From positions 248,001-312,000 of the forward strand of contig NW_026861494.1 in the NCBI RefSeq assembly GCF_026571515.1: a DNA stretch of 64,000 nt. The letters run 5' to 3'. The notes under the pieces are model-generated. The model did no database searches. It was not told where the DNA came from and saw only the letters and a program-made list of their open reading frames with translations. Within the stretch, counting starts at the first letter, position 1. Each line of letters begins with the position of its first letter. Shown here one piece after another: positions 35,275 through 48,745 of the stretch. A program made the position numbers and the translations under genes. The DNA comes from Ruditapes philippinarum. Lineage: Eukaryota.

Positions 35275-38170
35275 GACTCTCGACATTGGCTCTGAAATAA
35301 GTAGGTAAGACTCTAAAGTTTGCTCGGCCAGCGCATCGACATTTGTCTTTAAATAAGCTATGTAGCTTCAACAACACCATTATCCGGAGTCTACTGTCAA
35401 CTACTCTTTTGTCCGATTTTGTCGCGCATTGGCTCATTGGAGAATCTCATGTTCGGAAATTCTAAACACTTAATTAAATTAGTGCTGGTCTAATAAACAA
35501 TGTGTTCAGAGTCTCGTGCGGAGACCTGCAAGTTCACATAGGTGCCATTTTAGTGTATCATTATTCATTAATAATAAATGGTAAAATTTCAATGTTGAAA
35601 ACTGGCCTCTTTGTGGACATGAATGTTAAAGTACAAACTTTTTTTTTCGGCTGAATGCCGCCTGATTTCACCTTGACTTCCGCTAAAATTAACAGTAAAG
35701 AAATGAATATAGGCAGAATTTTCATTGGTCATTTTAACACTAATAGCCTGTTTGCCTTATATTTAAGAAGAGCTTCCGTTATAGGTAGAGGTCTGTTCGA
35801 TTGCAAGATGGCAAGAAGTGTTGGAAAAAAGATATAAGTCAGAATAAATATAAAAACACAATAATGATATTTTCTAGATGTTTCTAACAGTTTTTCAATA
35901 AATATATGAAATTAAATATGACATATTGCCTTTTTGATACTTTTGCGTTCGATTCTTCTAAGCTGTTCTAGTCAATACAGTCTCTTCTCGAACCGGGTAA
36001 GTAATATTGTTTAAATCTAAGATGACAGACAATTAAAGGGGAAAACATTGCGGGTAAAATGAAATGGAGGACGAATAAAATGTTCTGTTTGCGGTTAGCA
36101 TGGTTAGTAGTAGCTTATCCTATGCAAATTAACACGTTTGACTTCGGCCGAGTATCTTTTTAAAGATACTTCTTGTTTTAATTCAATATATTGTTGTTAA
36201 TGTTAAAATGTTTGGAAGTACGATTTCAGCATAAAATTTAGATTATGCACATTGCCTTTTATTTTGCAGAATTAACCGAAATACTACATCCGTTTTTGTT
36301 TCTTTTAATATTGTGTCCAAAGAAAGACGGTGAGGGCCTAATAGGAGCTTTTAAAGCTGGAAAAATATTCTTTGAAACATTTAATTAGCCTTCATTTTTC
36401 AAAAGAAAATATGTACATGTTTTGTGCTGTACAGAAACAGATATGAAATTAAATGTTTTCCAACATAACAGATGTCTGATTTTTAATTCCCGAACATTCG
36501 TATCTTGAGTATATTTTAAATTGAAGGAGATGACATTTTAAGAAACATGCTTAATAAGTTTCTTAATTCAAGACAAACATGTGAAGCATGTTAAGGAACA
36601 CAGAGTGGTACCGTCTTTGAACGGTCAGTAGTATATTAATTCTAACCCGGTTTTAGGTGGGCCAAACCTCATTCTTAGCCTCATATGTTCCAATATAAGG
36701 AGGCAGTATAAATAAAATGAATACCGCCAAGTGAAATTCTTAGAATCGCCACGGTTACTTTAGACGAAATAAAAAGTATTAGTACCGACAATAATGCTTT
36801 CAACAGAACCGGTCTTCCTTTCGATTAAAAAAATGGCTTCGGGAAAATATGTGACAAATGAAAATATGTTTACCTCAAATGGCTCAAAACATATTTAAGA
36901 TTGTGTCCATTATATGTTGACTGAAACAGTAGATGGTAAAATGCACAGCAACCATTAAAGCAATATTAGAAGTGAAGAAAAATGGTGACAAAATTGTAAA
37001 TTTCACCTGGTGTAGATCTTCTTACAAAACTTGTGTACTTTCTCCTCAATTTGTTAATGAAAGTGCTTAGATTCCATACTCTGGGAATACAAGACTATGA
37101 TATGGACTAACAGTTTATATTTCAATATCATTAGCAAACATTACATGCGAGTGATTTGTAACTTGACGAAGTACAGATTTAGATAAAACTTTAAAAATCC
37201 AATCAAATTTATTGGATACATATAATTCTCTTGTGTTTTTAATCTATACATTAAAAAGACATTTTACAATTTGATCCAATATTAATGAAGCTTTTAACTC
37301 CAGTATTTTAAGTCAAATAAGTCTATAGGGAATACTAACTCCAGTCATTAGAAGGATTTACCATTAAAAGAGACTCACTCATGACGTCATTGATCTTATC
37401 AGTAGTCTCGTAAAATTCTTTAATGTCTGTTTTATGACAAAGTATAGGCTGCTTACAAAGTATTCACTGCGTTATCAATGTGGCCATACCACGTGACTTT
37501 TCGGGTACGGAGCACGCCGATTTTTACCCGATTCGGGTATGTTTTTTATTTATAACTTATTTATTACTCAACCGATTTTGATCAGATAAGGCACAGAGTA
37601 CCCGTAATTATATCAGTTACCACGGTATATCAAAATTTTGAAACCCTTGAATGATTTTTGAGAACATTCGAGAACGGAACACATTCATTTGTCATAACAA
37701 GCGATTTCTAGCAAGTCATGTTTATTATGTTTTTTGTCACTATTTCGTAGAAAATACATGTTAAATCTCATAGATTTACTATGTCCAATGTATCTAGTGA
37801 ATGCAGTTATGTTTTAGCATATTTTCATAAAGTTACCCGGTATGTTGAAATGGTACGGAACAAACTGTTGTTTCAAAAGATACGGTACAAACACAAATTC
37901 TGTCTCTGAAATAATTCTAAAGTAAAATATATAAAAAATTAATTTCAATTATAATTTATAAATTGTTGTTTCATAGTTATATATTTTATTAATTTAGACG
38001 AGAGCCCGGGGACCTGTTTAAGATGAAGGCTTTGACAATATCTCAATTTAATTTACTCGTATGTACAGCATTCTCCTTTTCCATGCTAAACACGATTCTC
38101 TTGTTATTTTATACGATACATGTATCGAAATTTACCGAATGTTTAGATGTCTTGACATAGACATTAAACT

Positions 38171-39368
38171 TACGAGGGTTGATTGATGAGTTTAACGGGG
38201 GGAGGGGGGCATTTTACAGGCCTATTATTCCCAGACTAGTTATGGTTGTTTGACAAAAGACTATATTGTTAGTTAATTTCGTAGAGATAGGGCAAGTAAC
38301 TTTGAACTTAACCATTGAAAGAGCAACCAACAATCTATCACCATAGAATATATAAACTGACATGGTAGCATCATTAAAGTACGATGCTCCTAACATTGAA
38401 CACAGTGAAAGGATGAATGGCATAATATAAGATTGACAGGCAAAGCCTTGAGTTTGACGCCATTTATGGAAGGCGTGTCGCTGTTCTGCTGCAACCAAAG
38501 AAATGATCAACAAACTGATACTGGTGTGACTAATTGGCGAGTAAACGAGTAAAATTAGTCGTTGAAGTTTTGGTTTCAAAGGAAAGAGTACATTCATGCT
38601 TAATGAAGATTTTACAAAAAGAAAGATCTCATTCAATCTGGTACGCAGTGACAGATGATCAGAAACACATCAGGTGGAGTGAATATGTTAGAGCCAGACC
38701 TTGCTGGCTAATAAATTCTGGAGAGGTCTGTGAGCATCAATGAACCTTAAATCAATCATCATAGCCAAGAGGCCAAACAATAATGTAAACAAGGAAGTCC
38801 GTGATACATCCCAGCCAACGAAAACAAAGAATGTGCATTTCAGCTGGAAAAGTTATGGCCTCGAGTTTTTGGATGCTGATGAAATATTGATAGTATATCA
38901 TCAGCAGATGAAACACTTAACTGCGCACGCTGTATATCACTTTTCTGAGACAGTTAAGAAAAATGTATTGTTCTGACAGGAAAATGCCCCTGGTCACAAG
39001 CATGCCACTGTCATGATAGTCAGTAATAAGTCTGGCTTTGAACTGGTTGGATATTCGCCTGATCTAGCCACATCAAACTATTATGGTTTGCCATCATTAA
39101 AAAATGTAGTTTCTATTTTTCAGTAACCCATTTTAGATCAAATGATGGCGTCATACAAATAATGCAAAATACTGCAGTATCATAAAATGTGTCATGATTG
39201 TTACAATCCTGATAAAGAAAGTGCGGTAAAATTATGAATTTGTTAACTTAATACTTTTTTAAGAGAGAAAAACCAATTTAAAAAAGAATCAAGGTGAAAC
39301 ACGTTGAAAGAATTATGTGTCTACTTTTTCAACTAACTAATCTGAAATGAAGCTTAGTGATGCTCATA
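38171..39368 (+). mobile_element. Decayed mariner-family transposon (pseudogenised transposase)
   Basis: Begins TACGAGGG. Broken frames give AGKLW/FLDADEILIV-like segments and QENAPGH...GFELVGYSPDLATSNY (YSPDLA at 39052). The length of about 1.2 kb fits mariner; the right boundary is approximate. Confidence 0.75.
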
Positions 39369-40033
39369 GATTTGTCTGACTAAAATTATGCTCTGTGTTA
39401 CCGCAACGCACAGCTAAATGATTTTGCTAACGCCCTGTACGTAGTTCGCTTTGAAAGTTTTTGTATATAATTTCTAAATTTCAGCTATTTAGAGCAAAAA
39501 TGTAAAATTCTGAATTAATTTTGAATTGTTTCAAGTACTAGTAAACAAAAAATGTATGTATTTTACCTAAGTATTTAATATTATCTAAATGGAAATGTAA
39601 AGAGTTTAGTGTTGATTTGTAATTTTAATAAGAATATCTATTTAAAATATAACATTTGTAAAGTATATTTCAAAATATCTTGATTAATTTTTAGACACTA
39701 TTCGAATATTCGTGTAAATGTATTGTGCAAAGTTCAACTTAATTTAAGGATATAATTTATGAATCGTCAAGAAATATTTGTTTAAAGCGATTAATTATTT
39801 CAGACTTAGCTGTCAGGAAACATACCTAGGACTAAACTCTATGTCAGCTTGTTCTTTTGCAGTACAAACATTGATGTGACACAGTGTACAATGTCTTCAG
39901 GAAATATGAGACAGTTATTTTAGATTTTAAAATTGGATCGAACGTGCCATCACTAGATTGGAGTACAAAGTTGTTACCACCGAATGACGGAAAAAATACA
40001 GATATTCACTACTTTTCATATTGCAGTGAAATA

Positions 40034-41164
40034 ATGAATAATTCAATGATACAGAATCAAGAACATTACTACGCAATACAAGTATGGAGATACTTTCCGC
40101 CGATATTTCTCGTGGTTGGCACGTTTGGAAACTGTTTAACTATTACCGTACTAACTCGAAGAAAGAACAAAATCTCTCCAACATCAGTTTACCTTACATC
40201 CTTAGCGATAAGCGATCTTATTGTACTATGGGCAGCTCTTCTATTTCAATATCTGAAACAAGCTTATGATTTCGATATGTCGAGTTTTTCTTCAGTACAA
40301 TGCAAGTTGTTGTTATTTTTTAGTTATTTTTCATTGCAATTTTCATCATTTATGATCGTTTTTGTGACCGTTGAAAGAGTTATATGCGTGTTATTGCCCC
40401 AGAAAGCCAAGAAGATATGTCGGACCCGCAGCGCCCTAGCTGTTTCAGTGGCATCCTTCCTGATATTATTCCTGGTGAATGCTCATTGGTTGTTCGTTAT
40501 TGATGTGCAAACCGTTGAAATTCACAAATTAAATGTTTCTATTAGAAAGTCAGAATGTATGCCGCTAACAGAAGCAGACAAACTATTCATAGAAAATGTT
40601 TGGCCGTGGATTGATCTCGTAATATTTTATCTAATTCCTTCATTCGTTTTAATTGTGGGCAGTTTAGCTATCATCATACGTTTGCGTGTAAACAAGTCTA
40701 AACGCCAAACACAGATTGCTCCATTGTCAAATAGTCAGTCAGCCACAGACAAAATGTCAGCGCAGTTAACCAGGATGCTGCTTGTCCTGGACATTGTTTT
40801 TGTCGTCTGCACGACTCCAATTACCGTTTATCTAACAATCTTCACAGACGAACTATCTGCCTCCGATGACACGCGCACATACACAACAAACGAACTTGTG
40901 TGGGCCACTGTTTGTATGCTAATGTTTTTCAACAATACTATAAATTTTGTTTTGTATTTCCTAAGCGGTTCAAAGTTCAGAAAAGAAGTAAAAAAGCTTT
41001 TCTGTCGGGACAAGGCAATTTCGACGAATTTAATAACAGGGTCTAATGTAGAATCCAATAATTTGACAGAGAAATACAAGCAAACAACAGTAGAAATGAA
41101 CACATTGCAGACTAAAGCGGGGATATCATCAGGACAACATCCAAGTACGTCTAATAACCATTAA
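40034..41164 (+). CDS. Class A (rhodopsin-like) orphan peptide-type GPCR, FMRFamide-receptor/GPR139-142-like group (about 376 aa)
   Basis: Single ORF with seven hydrophobic segments: GN in TM1, LAISD in TM2, TM3 Cys and ERV (DRY variant), ECL2 Cys, CTTP in TM6, NTINFVLY...KFRKE at TM7/helix 8. The first in-frame ATG is 40034 (MNNS, an N-glycosylation sequon), just after a TTGCAG acceptor at 40026. The ORF-track start at 39884 is a GTG. Confidence 0.92.
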   Translation: MNNSMIQNQEHYYAIQVWRYFPPIFLVVGTFGNCLTITVLTRRKNKISPTSVYLTSLAISDLIVLWAALLFQYLKQAYDFDMSSFSSVQCKLLLFFSYFSLQFSSFMIVFVTVERVICVLLPQKAKKICRTRSALAVSVASFLILFLVNAHWLFVIDVQTVEIHKLNVSIRKSECMPLTEADKLFIENVWPWIDLVIFYLIPSFVLIVGSLAIIIRLRVNKSKRQTQIAPLSNSQSATDKMSAQLTRMLLVLDIVFVVCTTPITVYLTIFTDELSASDDTRTYTTNELVWATVCMLMFFNNTINFVLYFLSGSKFRKEVKKLFCRDKAISTNLITGSNVESNNLTEKYKQTTVEMNTLQTKAGISSGQHPSTSNNH

Positions 41165-41299
41165 TGCAGTGGCATAGAGGTGACAACCACAACTACAAGG
41201 ATTTTCCATGGTGTTTTAAATTGATTACTGTAATAGATAAGTGCGAACAAAAATGATTCGGATTTCTTTGTTGTTGTTGACCTTTTTTTTTTATTTTGC

Positions 41300-41412
41300 T
41301 GAGGAGACATAATTTATCATTTTTTACAAATGTATTGTTCTGAAATATTTGTTGTTTTTGAGGAGACGTAATTTATCATTTTTTACAGATGTATTTTTCT
41401 GAAATATTTGTT
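41300..41412 (+). repeat. Tandem duplication of about 59 bp in the GPCR 3' flank/UTR
   Basis: TGAGGAGAC(A/G)TAATTTATCATTTTT...CTGAAATATTTGTT occurs twice. Confidence 0.85.
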
Positions 41413-42345
41413 CTGTAAATTGTTGTAAACCACATATGTACTCCTATTTTAAGAAGCAGTACCTGTTATCTAGACATTTGGCTTAACTTTACAGGAAAGG
41501 AAAGCGAGGAGTGTACATACTATGCAGATAGACAATAATTCATTTTCAAATATCCCGTTTAGTACCATTTGTGCAGTTACTTGTAAATATAGTAAGGGCT
41601 GCTTTCCATGAACTTCTTTGGTGTCCTTTGTTGATCTTTATTCTCATATTTTAGTTATAAAATGTTAATTGTCTGAGAGATAACTGAATAGAGTGAGAGT
41701 AAATTTTATCATTTCTAGTATAATATGTCAAAATATTAAATAAAGTAAATTAACTAAACAAGATCTACGAAACAGACTTTTTGGCATTTTGAAATTTCTC
41801 CTGACGTAAAAAGTTGTGTATTTACCGCCGTTAAAAAACAAATCCTATATATCTTCAAACAAAACTAACAAGTTCTTTAAAAACTAATCATGATATCAGT
41901 AAGCTTTATTAATGATGTATTACATGGTTCCCGGATTAGATATGCTCCAATGTTACTGTAAAAATAATTTAGAGAAGTATTCAAATTTTTTAGGAACTAA
42001 ACATGTACAGGGGAAGATCCAATTGGCGGTGTGAGTAACCCATCTTCGTAAAATATAAAATCGTCTTGACAGAATTGCAGAAAAAAACATATAAATAAAC
42101 AACACAGAAGCCCAATTTCATTATTTATTATCAAATCAATTTTTCACTTTTCTATTTATTGATTAACATGACACCTTTTTATATATATTCCGTTTACGGT
42201 ACTGTATATAGTTTGTTTTATTTACTTTGGTATTATCACTAAACCGCCATGTTTTCTCTCTAGCAAAATAAAAAGAAGTACGGAGGATTTTAAAGAACTT
42301 CTAAAATGGCTGTGTTTTTAGTGTGTTGATAGGAACATCCTAGGC

Positions 42346-43117
42346 CTAAATGCCAGCTTCAAAAGCTTCTTTGATAAGGTCTTTTTTCGAACTGTCATCA
42401 CATGACGTGAATTGTACCCAGGAGTCAACGAGGACACCACATGCAATCTTGCCATCAACGGGGTTGTAATCATTGAAGAATTTTTTATTCAAAGCAATGT
42501 TGTCATGACCACATGCCCTTAAGATGTTAACGAACTCCTCCTCGGAAACAGAACCTTCTCGACTGACATCGATTAGATCGAACAACGCAGTATATGCTTT
42601 TCTTATTCCTTCAACAAATTTTTGTTTGTTTGCAGTGTAATCTCGAATGTTCAAAGCAACAAATTCTTGCTCGTTAATCGGTTCAGATTTTCCACGGAAC
42701 ACTACTTCGTCCCATAATTTATCCAGGTCAACTTGCAATTGCTTACGCCTGTCATCATTTAAGTGACTCAATGTAGCAAAGGTGTCCCTGCAAATAAACC
42801 ATTAAATTATTTGTAAAGGAAATGCTAAAAAGGGAGAAAAGGAAAGGTGTATATTTTAGACCGGTATACCTAAACATTTGCCCGAATACAGAATAATGAC
42901 AAAGAGGTTCATAATATCCATAATGTAATTGTTCTAATTTTAAAAAGCTTTATAGTACTTAACAACCGTTCTGAGGGAGAAAAACTTTTTTTTTAAATAA
43001 CTATAAATCTATTTACTCTTCTTGTCTGACGTCAGATCTAGAAATCTTTCCTTTATGATTGATATCAATAGCTCGGAACCAAAGTTTCCATTTGCTGATT
43101 ATATAATCGTTAGCCAT
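42346..43117 (-). CDS. Sarcoplasmic calcium-binding protein-like EF-hand protein (about 180 aa, 2 coding exons)
   Basis: Exon 43117-43017 (MANDYIISKWKLWFRAIDINHKGKISRSDVRQEE) splices in phase 2 to exon 42787-42346 (DTFATLSHL...LFDLIDVSREGSVSEEEF...WVQFTSCDDSSKKDLIKEAFEAGI*). CDS is 543 nt, with typical molluscan SCP-like termini and EF-hand loops. Confidence 0.88.
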
Positions 43118-44233
43118 TTCGTCTGAAAACATAAAGATTTGTTCATGAACCCTTCATATCAGTGTGTGAAATTTTGATATCTGCCTCAATCGATACCGGA
43201 TGAAATGATTTTTTCTGAATATTTTTGGAAATAATTGTTCACGTGGTTGGGGTTGGGGAAGATCATTAAAGGTACCCCACCCCCAATACTTGCATCATTT
43301 CAAGCAAGAACAGGCACTTGTGTAGTACCTCCAGCCTGCCTTCAAGAAATAAATAATATTTCGGTATAAAATTACTTTTAATTTCGTTAATATTCTGCAT
43401 TTTCCGCTATTCACCATTTTATAAAATAGCCGAAAGAAACAGAAAATAACATAGTTTACGGAATATAACTGAGTACCTCTGATTTGCCTAAGTAAAGCGT
43501 GTAGTGATGTTATCTTTGTGAGTGAAACTAGGCTAATTTAGCTGCACTTTATGCAAGCATTATTTCCACAAATCGGTTCAAGGTCAAATAATATTTGTAA
43601 ACATTGTTATGCATAAGAATATTTCTTGAATGCATTATACACATGTTAAAACGGGAACTTTTCATATATTCTGCGTATATTAACTAATCTTGCCATTTGA
43701 ATATTTAATTTATATAAAAGGTATATTTTAGTCTTATTCTCGGAGGAAAGATTAACAAAAACGTATTTTAGTAAAAGCATCTAATGCGATCATATTATCT
43801 TTCTAGTCTCAATATCTCGACTGCAAGACCGAACGATTTTACAAATTGATATTAAAAGATGCTGAGGGCGACCATCGTCTATATAATAAAAAGCCCTAGC
43901 GCTAATTATCTTACTAAAACGAAACATATTTAGAACCCGTATAACAATTGAGCTTAATTTGAAACTTACTAGTTTATTCACGTAAATTTAACTTCCATAG
44001 AGAAAGCGAACACAAATAAACAAAAGAAAAATCAAAATAATATACTTGAATGATTTAAAAATCAATTATTTGTGTTAACAAGTTCGTTACTATAAATTGA
44101 ATGTACTTCTTTGCCTTGAAATTTTTCTCATTATACTATTAAGTTATTTAAATACTAGTATAAATCATTATTTCATAACCATTTGCCACTGTAACAATTT
44201 AAAACTAAAAATTTTAAAACAGAAGTAAATAAA

Positions 44234-44430
44234 CTTACAAAAGTGATAGACGCTGCAGAATAGTCCGTTTTGCAAACTATGAAAAAATGCGTGTACCTAT
44301 TTACCGTGGAGTATATGGGGAAATTTTGTCAAGGTTTGTCTGATTTTAGTTTCTAAAATGTTAAAAGTTCAAGGTGAATTACGCCGAAATACCTTTTTTA
44401 GCTAGGTCAGTGAAGAAGGCTTCTTTATAA
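44234..44430 (-). promoter_or_regulatory. Putative TATA box and non-coding first exon of the SCP-like gene
   Basis: Minus-strand TTATAAAG near 44423-44430 and a GTAAG donor at 44238-44234. A TTTTCAG acceptor lies 5 nt upstream of the ATG at 43117. Confidence 0.4.
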
Positions 44431-45464
44431 AACAGCATCTGGCAAAAAAAAAATCTAAAAGAAATCTGGGAAGACGTATTTCTAAAGAAATGTAAGAATT
44501 GTGATTTATTTACATGTACTTTGTAAGCAAGTTTAAGACAATCGAAAAAAAATGTTCAAATTGTATTCATTCAGGCAAATGTATGTTACAGCATATTTTG
44601 TACTTTGATTAGTAAAGATAATTATACATTTGATAGGTAAAATATGATACATGTAAAATGTTTGTGTGTAACTACAAAAGTTCTCTATAATTCTTTAAAA
44701 GAATGAACATTTACATGTTTACTATATGTGTGTTTTATATGTTTATGTTACGGGTGAGCCGTGTGAAGGCCATAAAAGTCGCCCCGCACATACACTCAAG
44801 GATGTTATATTTCCGATCCTTAAGTTCGTTCAACACGACATTATTGCTGTGTTTATGGTATTTTTGTTCTTTCAATTTGGCTTTTTCTGCTTGGGTGGTT
44901 CCAGGATTCCTTACTTAAATACTGTATAATCACCTTAAGGATATGTGGCCTGCTCTTTAAATTGGTCTTTTGACAGCTTACCTGTGAAATCAAGCCTTAA
45001 TAACATCTGCACATTATACAATCAAATGTGCAGACAGCCATTCAGCCGTCGACAGCCGAACCAGTATATACATGTCGGCGCAGAAAACACTTTTGACGCA
45101 CGGTAAGTATTCATCTATTTTTAACATATCCCAACTATGTTTGAGTATATCAATGATATGGTTTCATAGTCAACATCCAAAGAAGCATGCTAACAAATTT
45201 CTGGGATTGTGCAAGCTTTACTTCACGTGAAGTTTGACATAAAATAATCACACTTTCCGATGAGATGCGGAATTTTTTTTTTAAATCACAAAAACTGATA
45301 TTTTTCTCATAGAAATAAATCATTTTATCATACGATTCGTAAACGTGAACATTTCGTCATTAAATATGCCAAACAATACCTTTAAAAATGCTTTTCTGTT
45401 AAAGGTATAGGGTATTAAGTTTAAGTGTCGTCAAAATTTGATTAACGTCATCAGCCGTTCGCCG

Positions 45465-46610
45465 ATTTTGGACAAGTGTGAAGGGTCCCCTTTACAGAAA
45501 TGTAAGTCTTCAAGCCCTAACCCAAGTAAAACGTCCGTGAGAATTGGCGCATGCGGCCCAATTTTCGTTGTTACGTCCTCATTCATATTTAAACAAACGT
45601 ATAATCCAAAGGCGCCTGCTGCCACTGCTTTGACACCATCCGTCCGATTCCGATGGGATTGTTTTTTTTAAAGTGTGAAGGGTCTCCTTTACAGAAAGGT
45701 AAGTCTCCAAGCCCTAGCCCAAGCTAAGCGTCGGTTAAAAACTCCGTGCGTGCGGTCCGTTTCTCGTTGTTGTAAAGGTACGAAAAAACACACAAGGCGC
45801 ATACAGCCACTGCTTCGACACCGCTCGTCCGATTTCGTTACGGATTAAATTTTGTAAAAGCATGAAGGTCCCGTTTACAGAAATGTAAACCTTTAAGCCC
45901 TAGCCAAAATGAAACGTCCATGAGAAGTCAGTGCGCGCGGGCCATTTTCCAATGTTACGTCAATATTATTATTTTAACGTACGTAAAAGCACAAGGCGCC
46001 TACAGCCACTGCTTTGACACCATTCGTCCGATTCCGTTGCGGATTCGATTTTGTACAAGCATGAAGGGTTCCCTTTACAGAAATATAAGTCTCCAAGCCA
46101 TAGTCTAAGAACAACATCCCTGAGAACTCGGCGCGTGCAGCCTATTTTTCGTTGTTAGATCCTCATTAATTAATATTTAAACGTACGTAAAAACACAAGA
46201 CGCCTTCAGCCACTGCTTTGACACTATCCCTCCGATTCCGTTGCGGATTCGATTTTGTAAAAGTGTGAATGGTCCCCTTTACAGAAATGTAAGTATCCAA
46301 GCCTTAACCCACGTAAAACGTCCGTGAGAACTCCGTGCTTGCGGTCCGTTTTTTGTTGTTGTTGTTCAGTTACGTAAAAACACACAAGGCGCCTACAGCC
46401 ACTGTCTCGACACCGCTCGTCCGATTTCGTTACAGATAAGAATTTGTACAGGCAAGACGGGTCCCGTTTACAGAAATGTATGTCTCCAAACCCTAGTCCA
46501 AGTGAAACGTTTGTGAGAACTCGGCGCACGCGGCCGATTTTTCGTTGTTACATCCTCATTTATATTTGAACGTACGTGAAAACACAAGACGCCTACAGCC
46601 ACTGCTTAGC
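45465..46610 (-). repeat. Second, diverged array of the same satellite family (about 6 monomers, 190-200 bp), reverse orientation
   Basis: Repeats of GTGTGAAGGGTCCCCTTTACAGAAATGTAAGTC...CAGCCACTGCTTCGACACC, the reverse complement of the 31-32 kb monomer. Confidence 0.88.
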
Positions 46611-46614
46611 GCAC

Positions 46615-47000
46615 CGAAACATAAAGCAAATCATTTATACCTTCTGCTACTGAATTATGGAATACATTAGACACCGAAATTCGCCGTAGTACCTAAACAC
46701 TTTTTGTTTTGAATAATATATTTGTCAGTTTTACATGCATCATTAAGGAACAATTGTAGCAGCTTAAACGCTGACCTTTTCAAAAATCACTTAAGAGAAA
46801 GCTCGAGGATGCCGAACACTATCTATTTTGCTGTCCATTATTTAAACCTCAGAGACTCATACTCTTCGCAGAAACCAGGATTTTTCATCCACTTAATGTT
46901 TATGTATTACTGTGGGGTAGCAATTCGTTAGATGTTATCAATAATGAACAAATATTTGCGGCTGTCCAAAAATTTATCAAAACTACTGACCGTTTTCGAA
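46615..47000 (+). mobile_element. CR1-group LINE 3' remnant
   Basis: KSFIPSATELWNTLDTEIR and LSVLHASLRNNCSSLNADLFKNHL...EDAEHYLFCCP in broken frames. Confidence 0.7.
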
Positions 47001-47549
47001 ACACCTGATATTTGTGGAAATCGGTCGATTGTAATAATGTTAATAACCTTGTACCACAATAATTAACAAACCCACTTTATGATGAATGTGTTCTCTCTTT
47101 GACGAATAATGCTAAATGCTGGATCCTTAACCGTGTCATTATTATATAAATGTACAAATATACATTACATTTCTGTCTTACTTCTTGGTTTAAACATATT
47201 TATTCCCGAAAGTATATACCGGTATAATGTACATACAAATAAATAACAAACAAAATATTTTTACAAAATGGAAAAGGATGAGAATGAAAGACAAGTCTTA
47301 TAGAATTCTTCTCCTTCGGCGGACTATATGGTTTGTCTTAAATAAGTTAATAGTATATACTAGACAAGGAAATAAGTTTAAGTTATACACACATATAAAT
47401 AATATATTATATATATATTTACATTTAAACTTATATAGAGTAGAGTTACTACAAGTAGATGTCTAAAATAAAAGAATATATATAAAAGAAGACGACAAAA
47501 TAGTGGGAAAGAGAAGAAAGAGGATAAGTGAGGATTATAGTCTCAATAA

Positions 47550-47852
47550 GAATGGATCTAAATAAATCATTTCATTTTGCACATGTGTAAATAAAATAAC
47601 GTTGTCCTAGTATATAAGAGATAGGTCACCATAGAGAAGCTTATGAAGGTTTATGCTGAAGTCTTGCAAGTTAAGGAGGAGTGTTCTGGGGACGGCATCG
47701 TATGCACAACAGTCGAAAAGAAATGTTTGGTAGTTTTAGTTTGCCCACAATTACACAAAGGGGTAAGAGAAATGTTCTTCAGAAAAAGATGGTGATTTAA
47801 TGCTCTGTTCGTTCGAAACCGAGTGTGAAGGACCTGCAGTTTACGACTACCT
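47550..47852 (-). mobile_element. CR1-group LINE 3' remnant
   Basis: Minus strand GSRKLQVLHTRFRT...ALNHHLFLKNISLTPLCNCGQTKTTKHF. Confidence 0.7.
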
Positions 47853-48659
47853 CATGATTATGAGCTGCTAATTTAAGGGACACTCAAAATAACATACATT
47901 TCTGTGCCTGTTATTATAAGACTGACCTGCTTAATTTGATATGGAACAGAGAGAACATGGTTGGTTCTTGTTTGCAATAATTCAAATTTATGTCCGGGAG
48001 ATATTCTTTTTCCATATTCAAACATCATTTTTATGACCTCTGAACATTATTTTTTTCACTTTCCGTGATTCAGTATTTGTAAATGGTATTGAGAATGCGT
48101 GTATTATTAATAATGAACATACATTCTATCATATATTTTGTCAAACTATCTTAACTAGATTTGTGCTTTAAATGTATGCTTTGAACATTTTGAAAACAGC
48201 ATTGTGGCAGTTGTGTGTCACCCAGTTCATATATCCGAGGGAAATATCTTTACAGAACAGATAGAACAGAACAGAACAGAACATTTATTTCTTTGATTTG
48301 TACATAGCGTATCATCATATACTTATATAAAGAAAAAAAGAGTTATGCTAGTATTCCAGCATATCATGTGTGGTTCTTTTCGGATAGCAGATGACAGATT
48401 TCTTCAAATAAGCTACACTCTTTTGTAGTCAATCATAATTACGTAATGTTGAACCAAATTACAATGTGCACAATTGACTTCATTTAGAATAAGTTAGAAC
48501 AACTTTAAAAAAATGTTTATACTCCTCATCATCATCGTGTATAAAAATAACACTCTATTGAAGGACTAGAATTACGTGTGGTAACTACTACACTTGCCAA
48601 GATATGCAAATCATGGCAGAGGTTTAATTTCCTAGCCTGTTAAATGATCATTTTGTTCA

Positions 48660-48745
48660 TTCGTTCCCGTTGGTTAGTTCGTTGGTTGGTTGGTTGGTTG
48701 GTTCGTTCGTTTGTCCGTCCGTCCGTCCGTCAGTCAGTTAGTTAG
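48660..48745 (+). repeat. Compound tetranucleotide microsatellite (GTTG/GTTC/GTCC/GTCA)
   Basis: Direct reading. Confidence 0.85.

Noticed and set aside
38214-38976. ORFs of 140, 69 and 78 aa as genes
   Set aside because: They are fragments or antisense frames of the decayed mariner transposase.
39884-40033. 50-aa N-terminal extension of the GPCR in the ORF track
   Set aside because: It starts at GTG. The first in-frame ATG is 40034, preceded by a good splice acceptor.
40828-41103. Antisense 91-aa ORF within the GPCR
   Set aside because: It is a shadow frame of the real CDS with no recognisable motif.
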